Shown here: in pieces, positions 54,933-64,000 of the stretch | How positions within the stretch are numbered: the first letter of the stretch is position 1 | How the letters are laid out: each line of letters begins with the position of its first letter | DNA from: Octopus vulgaris | Lineage: Eukaryota | Assembly (NCBI GenBank): GCA_951406725.2 | Contig: OX597815.1 | Location: 131,688,001 to 131,752,000, forward strand | DNA: 64,000 nt | Reading direction: 5' to 3' | The notes under the pieces: model-generated | What the model was told of the DNA's origin: nothing | Seen by the model: only the letters and a program-made list of their open reading frames with translations | Database searches by the model: none | Position numbers and translations under genes: made by a program

Positions 54933-56050
54933 ACTCAGACATGGCAAAAGTAAATAGATACGCCGTTAAACATCATTTTATGTTTATTCTAACTTGTATA
55001 TGCATATATTGTTTTTATTAAGTGATATTTTTATGTTTCATGCTCTATGCGACTATTTAATCATGTCATGTCCAAAAGAATTCTTAGAACTGTCTGTATT
55101 TCAAAGCTGCCGTAGTTCTGAGGGTGGACATATGTTAAAATCCCTGAAAACCTCAGAGTCCCACTTTCTTCAGTTACCAAAGTGATTATGCAATTCACAA
55201 GAGAAAGGAAGGATTACGCATCATCTCGCCCAGATGAAACAGGGCCATCTCACAGGATCCTTCCCTTTGTTAAGAGATGTGTGGAGGACAATCCTCGTTG
55301 CAAGGCCTCTGGTAAAACAGAATAAGTTAATGTCAATTCCAGAATAGCAGTCAATTATCTCCACAAACTTGGTTACTATGGCAGAGCAGCAAGAATAAAG
55401 CCACTGATGAGTCTAGATTTGCTGTATTTCCTGACAGTGGTCTAGTGTAGGTCTGGAGACCTTGTGATCAAGAATTTGATGTGAAAAGATTGCAGCCAAT
55501 AATGAAACATGGCAGCTATTCTGTGATGGTCTGAGGAGCAATTTAGAGCAATGGTTGATCAAAGCTGGTGGAGTGTGAGGGCAACACAAACTCCGATAAA
55601 TATATGTCCATATTGCAGAAAGAACTCCTTCCAATCTTCTCCAGTGGTGATATGTTTAAAGAAGACTCTTTATTTATGGGAGATGGGGTTCCTTATCACA
55701 CGGCTAAAACGACCCAAGAATTGTTGGATGAGAATGGCATTAAAAAGCTTTCATGGTCAATCCAGTCACCAGATCTGAACCCTATTGAACACTTTGGTGA
55801 CATAATGGACAGGACATTTCATAAAAAGAACAAGAAAACATCTTCATAGAGCTTTGGAGATTACTGCATGAAATTTGACAATAAATTCCGCAAGAGAATA
55901 TTCGTCATCTCATTAGTAACATGACTATTAGGGTCATTGCATTGAACAATGCATAGGGTATGTGTACTAAATATTAAATGTTCACATTATTACAATTAAT
56001 AAATAATCTGACTATAAAAATTCAGATTTAGATATTTTTTAATGATTATA
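54933..56050 (+). mobile_element. Tc1-like (DD34E) transposon, decayed
   Basis: LHKLGYYGRAARIKPL, DESRF, FMGDGVPYHTAK...QSPDLNPIEH with 34 residues between D and E; stops and deletions. Confidence 0.9.
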
Positions 56051-56614
56051 AGGGTGATTTAGAGCAACACATACAACGGATTATCAATGAAAAGTGGAAT
56101 CAAGAGTTGTTTAACCCACCCAGGGGGCCCTTAACAAAAGGAGGGACATCCAGTGCTTGGTCAACCAGCTGTAATGAAGAACAACATATAGGACATAGTA
56201 ATTACAGCAACCAAATCGTAAATAACGTTCTCACGCATATATACATATACAGGCATATACACGCATATACACGCATACATAAATACATAGTTAATTTGTT
56301 ACGTAGGAAGATAGTCTATACAATACATCGCCTCTTGGATGTTAATATTAGAGTACAACATGAAGCATGAATATTGCTTGCTTATTTAACATTGTACATT
56401 TTGAAATTTACTCCTATTATTAGATGTGTACGTACAAACCGTATTGTAGAAATATATTTACATTACTTGTAATTATAATTGAAAATATTGTGAACTGCAT
56501 AGTAAATATAATTTATCTGACCAAAACTAAAAGTATACTGTTTGTGTTCATAGAAAACGAACCGTTCTGTGACTTACGAATCTGATGTTTCGTGATACTT
56601 GAAAAAGAACTCCA

Positions 56615-56784
56615 GATGTGGCTGTGTAGTAAGAAGTTTGCTTTCCGAATGCATGGGTTTGGGTTCAGTCCCATTGCGTGAGAACTTGGGAAAGTGTCTT
56701 CTACAATAATCTCAGGCCGACTAAAGCCTTAGTAGTGAATTTGGCAGGCGGAAACTAAAAGAAGCTCGTCGTGTACACACACAT

Positions 56785-56820
<36 letters not shown>

Positions 56821-57275
56821 GTAATTTAAAACAGGTTGATTCGGTTCCATATTATTTCTTTGAACTTCCTGGATTTCTCCAGTCGGTATTCCAGATGTTT
56901 GAGTGAATCGGGCTCCCGTGCTTGCAGTAGCACGGAAGCGAATTACTGTTTTAAATAATACATGTAACTCCTACGAAATATGTTAAGTGCTCTTTACCTT
57001 ATTTTGACCGCCCCCACATGTGTGTGTGTTTGTATGTCTGTGTATGTGTATGCATGTGAGCATGTATGTGTGTGCGTGTCTCACTACCGCCTGACAATCG
57101 GTGTTGGGAGTGTTTATATCTTCGCAACTTAGCAAATCGGTAAGAGATACCGTTAGAACAAGTACCGGACTCTCAAAAAAGTACTGTGGTCGTTTCGTTG
57201 GACTAAAATTCTTGAAGGTGGTATTCCAGCATAGAATACCACCTAATGACTGAAACGAATAAAAGATGAAAGATA
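56615..57275 (+). mobile_element. SINE family A split by an insertion (about 56820-57015) in its internal microsatellite
   Basis: 5' half 56615-56775, 3' half 57060-57275. Confidence 0.7.
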
Positions 57276-58093
57276 TTGAAAACATATTTATAAAAGAATA
57301 ACTTATGCGTCATGGTCGATTTCATGGAAGAGATGAAAAATGGAAGACACATATTTTCCATCCAGAATCATAAAAAACCTGGTAACATAACCTGGTAACG
57401 TATTTATTATTTTGCATCAAAACTTTCGTCTCATATGCGCCCTGATCACAAACACAGTTCCACTGCAATGTTTGTCCCATTGCTTAGGACTATATTGAAT
57501 CAAATTACCTAGAGAAAACTTAGCTGTAAACGAGAGATGTAAGTGGATACTTTCTCAATTGTTGTGAACAATTTGGTTATAAGACTCATAATTTACCTGT
57601 CGTGAAAATTTGCCATGGCGGGATGCTTCTAATGAATTCCTCCAGACTCACCACAGACGCAATCAGCGTCTACTAGTAAATAATCCAACAAGGCTTTACT
57701 TGATTCGGGACGTCATATACAATTATATACTATCTTTACTGTATACCTATTTTTTTAAATATTAAAACGTCTACGTGTTTAAGTTTAAAAATTTCGCTTT
57801 ACAACGTGGCTTGCAGTGGAAATGCAAACCACATTGTGTAAATATACTCCACTATAGCATCGGGTGGACTAATGCCCGGTAAGTGAATTTCGTGAACAGG
57901 AACTATGTATGTATGTATGTATGTATGTATGTATGTATGTATGTATGTATGTGCAGATTTGTATGTTTTATATATGTATTCTCATTCATATAGCTACATA
58001 TCTAGAGATGCTCATATATATCTAAATGATATATGTGCATATATGTATGTGTCTGTGAGTGTGCGCAAGTATGTATGAATATAGGCATATACA

Positions 58094-58163
<70 letters not shown>

Positions 58164-59679
58164 GTATATATCCGTGTATGGATATGTGTGTCTTTATGTC
58201 TGTGTATATCTCTCCTACCAGACCGTGCCACTTAGTGGTTTGACAAGATAACCGATTGAAATTACTGGAGATCATTTGTTCTACCAAACCCTTCAAGGCG
58301 GTAATCAAGCGCTCCAGCATGACGGCTGTCCAACGACTGGAACAAGGAAAACAAATCGATGATAATTTAAACAATGCTAATTTAATAATTTAAACAGCAG
58401 TAATTTTACAATTCATAAAATTTAATTATATTAATATTTACAATAAATTCATTTCTTGAATTTAACCATAAAAACATGATTCTGATTAATAACACCTTCG
58501 ATAATGGTTTCTGATTTTGGTGCAAAACCGTGATTCTAGTGTTTATTGAGCACATTTATAATTCCAATTACGATCAAGTCACACAAGATGCGGCTATTAA
58601 CATACGGTCTGATCAGTAAAATATCTATTATTCGGTTCTTAACGTTCTAGTTATTTTTATCAGTCTTCACCGAGCCAATGGTTTCTCTAGGTGGTCTCGT
58701 GTCTTCTCAAAATAGCAGCCGAATTTCACTCATATCCCGCCCCTACCATTTCAAAAAAAAAATGATGTAAAAGAAGATCGAACAAATGTATTACACTGTG
58801 TATTTCTAAAATTTGATATGTGAAACAGATTGTCTCGGTTTAAGCTGTAATGGTTTCAATATTCTGCTCGACCATGTCTTCGTTGTCGGTAGACTACAAC
58901 ATTGACCGTTAATCATTTAGAAATTTACTGACCCTAAGTCAAAATACTTCACTCTGAGGTTGACTGAAGTTGCATGTGTTAATATGTAACAATAAAAGTT
59001 GTAAGATAAAAACGAAAATGAATTACAAATTTAATAATGAAAAATAGATTCATGAAAAATTATGATTAAATAAGAAATGAGGAACAATTACAATTACAGC
59101 AATATAAATTACTTAATATTATTTAAAAATTGAACAGGGGTATGCAGCGTGGTTTGAATTTAAGCTTTGGCAAATATGAGTGCAGGTAGCTCCAATGTTT
59201 TTGTTGCTTTTGACCTCGTAAGTGGTGAAGAGTTCTTTCACTATTTGTCAGGTATTAGATAGGTGCATACATCTTGATTAACATGAAAAAGTCAAGTAAT
59301 GATTGAATGGAGCAGATACCTGACCAAAGCTCACTATCGTCATGAAAACTCCAGTGTTATGTGGGTGTTTAAATTATTTAATAAAGGAAGCAAACTCACT
59401 TTGATTAAGGTTGTACTCATGAAAATGTTAGTCTATTGGCTAATTCTGGAAAATACAAGAGAAGGCAATTCCGACATATACATTACTTTAAAATTATTTA
59501 AATTAAATTGAATTATCCGTTGAGCAATGTGTTTCATTTTAGGAGAAATACAAAGACAACTGGGAGCCTTTTACAGGTATAGAAGATTCTCAAATATTCT
59601 TGACTTTGTTACACCTGCAAATATTTATTCATTCAGCATTATCACTCACTGCTATCTAGTGTCTGGAAAGTATTCTTTT

Positions 59680-59888
59680 CCACTATAGGCTCAAGGCCCA
59701 AAATGTTTGGGGAGTGGGTGCCAGTCGATTAGATCGACTCCAGTACACGACAGCTACTTAATTTATCGACCCCGGAAGGATGAAAGGCAAAGTCGACCTC
59801 GGTGGAATTTGTACTCAGAACATAAAGACGGACGAAATACCGCTAAGCAGTTTGCCCAGCGTGCTAAACTTTCTGCCAGCTCGCCGCC
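59680..59888 (-). mobile_element. SINE family B
   Basis: atcgaccccggaaggatgaaaggcaaagtcgacctcgg...ctgccagctcgccgcc. Confidence 0.9.
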
Positions 59889-62582
59889 TTAGGGTCTGCT
59901 ATGTTGGGAAGACTATGCTGTGCACAGGATGACTAATCATACCGGAATATGTTTGGAGTTGTCATTATACTTCCAAAGATCAGATTCCTTCCGCGTTGCA
60001 TGCCTACGTTTAACATTCAATTATTTTTAATTCATTTCAATTTATTTCCATTTTACTGTTATTAGAATTGATCATAAAGCTAGTGGAGTTATAATATCGA
60101 CGCTGTTTTCAGTAATAAAGTAATTTTAACTATTTATTTTATTATTTATTATTTATTATTTATTATACCAACTATGTTAGAATACCTTCTGAATAATATT
60201 CTGATAAGCATTAGTGAGGTAAGTGGTATTAAATGGCTTCTAAAAAACGGAAACTGGGCTGAGTTCGGAACATTAGTGAAAAGTTACGTTTTAAACACCC
60301 ACATTGTCATGAAAATGACATTAGCAGATAAATACCTCTGATAACATTTAAATTGCATCAGTTTGATAAAATGACCATAAATGTTAACCATTTGTCTTTC
60401 AATACAGGTAATGTTTCATATCAATTACGTTAAAATATTTTAATTCCATAAGCTATAAAATTGTTATATCATTGATTTCATTCTTGAAACTTCAACTGAT
60501 TTTATGTCTTTAAAATTGCTGTTGGAGAATGTAATCTTGCTGAGATTAAGCAAAAGAAAAAAAAAAGACACTAATTTACTTTCGCTACTTTAAATGTTAT
60601 CTACTCAGAGCATTTGGTCGATTAAACTCTGAATAAAAGAGTATAATTATTTCTCTGTCTCTTTCGAAATGATGCTAATACTTTAACAAAATCGATAATC
60701 CCTTTCAGATCTCGTACGTGAAAACTTGATAAGGCTTATGTAGTTACGTTAAAAGTATTTCTATAACAAAGACTTTCTATATAATTGCACTTAATTTAGT
60801 AAGTTGAAATTATTCTTCATATCGTAAATTAATATTTTTTACAAGCACGCTAAGCCTATCAAGTTCTATCTCACTTGTTTTAAACGTCATTCGTATTTTT
60901 TCTTTTTTTTGCTAACAATATCATGCAGTAAACAAACTCAACATGCCTGCTACTTTCTGCCAGTTGTTTCTTACAAAAAGGATAAATGACGCACATATTA
61001 TTTAAGTTATACTTGATCCATACGTCCACCACAAATATATTATCAAGAATAGAGCTTCTTGAAAGTCTTTATTTCTAATCTAATTCGATTACTCAATTAC
61101 ACTCTTTTCATTTTAGTTATTTATGTAAACCTTAAATACATGTTATATTATTTTTTCTTCAGAACGGTTGTGATTAACTATTAAATGTTGAAAATAATAC
61201 CAACGTGCCAAAAGATCAGGTTTTCTTTTAAAAAAATGTATATCAGTCGCAGTCAAAATATTGGAAGAAGCTGTTTCACTTATGGAGTCTGAAGATATAT
61301 ATGCTCAAAGTGGTGGTCCGCGGACCGATACCCTTTCGCGAACCATCAGCTGCCGGTACGAGGCAAGTTTCCAGAAAAGAAAGAAACAATACCATAAAAT
61401 CAGTAATTTCACCTCATGCACTGCAGTAAACAACTTATCAGCTTATATAAAATTGTATTATTTGTTCACAAAATAAATATAAAATAAAACAAATCGTCAA
61501 CTTTTCTTATATTCATTATATATATATTGCTTCCGGTATAAATTGATATTACTAAGAAATATTACCGGCCCCTGGCACATTGAAAAAAAACTGCCAGTAC
61601 GCCCCATCAGATAGTTTGAGAAGCACTTCTCTAGATCACATTTCATGGAATAGATAAGCCAAATAAATTGAACAATATATATTTGGCACTACACAAGTAT
61701 ATTGTACTTTGCCGATACGTAAGCTATCAACACTAAGATTAAATTTTACAATTATGATATTGGAAGTTAGAACGGAAGAGTTAAAATTAACTACTAGAAA
61801 TCCTCTCCAATGCTTTACCATTTCTGCTAACCAAGTGCTTTTTGTCTCGAAAATACATTATAAAACGTTTTCTAACGATTATATGTGGGCATAGCTATAA
61901 AGATTCGTTAAGTTTGAACTAGCTTTTCGATGCGTAAATATCAATTCCCTTATCAATATAAACGTAATGCAAGAAAACACAGGCCATGCGTTTGTCAGAC
62001 AAATCAAAAAAATTGGTGAAATGTATTCATGTCACTGTATTTAAAAGCTTGGATTTTGACATACTGTTATGGGAATTGACAAAACGCTATCAGTTCTTTT
62101 TGCTTTTATAGTGCAGTTGGGAAGAAAAGCCATCCATGTTAGTGTTATCAATTAAAAATTACCAATCAGTACGTTTGCAGAAATCCGATTCTTCAGTTAC
62201 CTTAAATTTAGCAAAAGTGGATACTATTTGTTTATTCTATAAAGTACATACGTTGTAGCATCTACATTGGTCAGTGTGAAAACATCAAATTAAATAATAA
62301 AAAAAAAGAACAAATAAAAGTGGTATCTTTTTATAGTCTCGGACAAGTGCTAACATAATATCATGGCTTTGGAAGTAACATTTATAACTGGAAGAAGATA
62401 AAAGTTAGAAATCTGAAGCAAAGATCATGCTTTTGCAGCAAGAATACAAATCTACAAATTAAACAAATATATAATTTACTAAAAGCTCTCGTAGTACAAA
62501 GTTGGGGTCGGGATTTAAGAATTTATGCATGTTACATTGGTAAAGTATATTTCTACCTATTGATTTCATGGAAACCAAGCAA

Positions 62583-62742
<160 letters not shown>

Positions 62743-62861
62743 ATCTATCTATCTGTTTGTATATCTCCCTGTCTGTGTGTCTGTCGACCTCCATGTATAA
62801 CTATGTGTGTGCATGTGTGTAACTCTATGTATATATATATATATATATACTACTCATGCGA

Positions 62862-62892
<31 letters not shown>

Positions 62893-62895
62893 ATC

Positions 62896-62926
<31 letters not shown>

Positions 62927-62929
62927 CGC

Positions 62930-63320
62930 TGGAGTAGTTGTGTGGTAAGAAGCTTGCCTCCCAACCATGTGGTTCCGGGTTCAGTCCAATTGCATGGAAC
63001 TTTGGGCAATTGTCTGCTACTGTAGCCACGGGCCGACCAAAGCTTTGTGAGCGGATTTGGTAGACGGAAACTGAAAGAAGCTCGTCCTATATACAAGTAT
63101 ATATATGTGTATCTGTGACGTCCCTCCCTAACCATTTGACACCCGATGTTGGTGTGTTTACGTCTCCATAACTTAGTGGTTCGCCAAAAGAGATCGACTG
63201 GCTAAGTACCAGGCTTCAAAAATAAGTACTGGGGTCGATTCATTCGACTAAAATGTTAAGACGGTGCCTCAGCATGGCCGCAGTCTGATGACCGAAACAG
63301 CGAAAGAATAAAAGATAAAA
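62930..63320 (+). mobile_element. SINE family A
   Basis: B box ggttcagtcc, body and tail match other copies. Confidence 0.9.
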
Positions 63321-63338
63321 GATGTGTGTATGTGTGTG

Positions 63339-63394
<56 letters not shown>

Positions 63395-64000
63395 TGTGTG
63401 TACAAACATTATCTGATATGTTGGTACTGCTTCCTATTATCTTGAGATTATCGCCCCTTCTAATTGAGAGCCGATTACAAATACCATTCACATTTACCTG
63501 ATTTTCTCTAAATATACTAACATATTACGTGCGTAAGTTATTTGGAATACCTAATTCTTGTATGATGTGAAAATCGTTTGTGTTAATTCTAAATCATTCT
63601 GATGAGTTATTATTACGCAGAAACAAGATGACCGTAGCTAACTCCTTGCCTGTAAACAAGTTTCCTCTAGTCATTGCCAATGGAATATCTATAGAATCCA
63701 TTCTGATTTACAAAACTTATCTACTTTTCTTCGAGGAGCAATGTTTACGTTTACCGTCTCAAAAATCAGGTGCAGATATCAATGCAATATTTACTTTTCG
63801 CAAAAGGCACTTAAAGACCCCACAAATTTATCTGCGTTACATAATTTAATGGCAAGACCATCTGTGTTAATCACATGAGATCACAATTAATAAGCATGAA
63901 TGTAGATATTTTCGAAACCACCCTTTTATATATTAGAAAATTCCAAACAAGGCGAGAAGCCACTTAGTGTGAGGTGCTATGAAGAAGAAGTAATTAAGAT

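Noticed and set aside
56905-56955. Hairpin gctcccgtgct/agcacggaagc followed by GAA
   Set aside because: No upstream HHR core on either strand
63498-63649. Minus-strand segment bounded by good-looking acceptor and donor sites
   Set aside because: Stops in all three frames and no other support

Overview
AT-rich eukaryotic non-coding DNA, very likely octopus (coleoid cephalopod), inferred from the tRNA-derived SINE families and the dense (TA)n/(CA)n/(TATG)n/(TCTA)n microsatellites. No intact protein-coding gene is supportable. Most ORFs in the track are microsatellite read-through and the rest are decayed transposons: a DD34D mariner, a DD34E Tc1, a maT-like remnant, several CR1-type LINEs, four Penelope-like elements (PLEs), three SINE families, non-autonomous Helitrons, a MITE and an RTE-like short element. 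The main result from reading the sequence is a hidden layer of type I hammerhead ribozyme (HHR) motifs: about 18 copies in about 10 unrelated repeat families. They sit in PLE pseudo-LTRs and in ORF-less inverted or tandem 358-430 nt units resembling retrozymes. The core 3-8 pair varies in a compensatory way between families (C3-G8, U3-A8 in three families, A3-U8 in one), and stem III is mostly a short palindrome, implying cleavage as dimers. All folds were made by eye and none were computed or tested.
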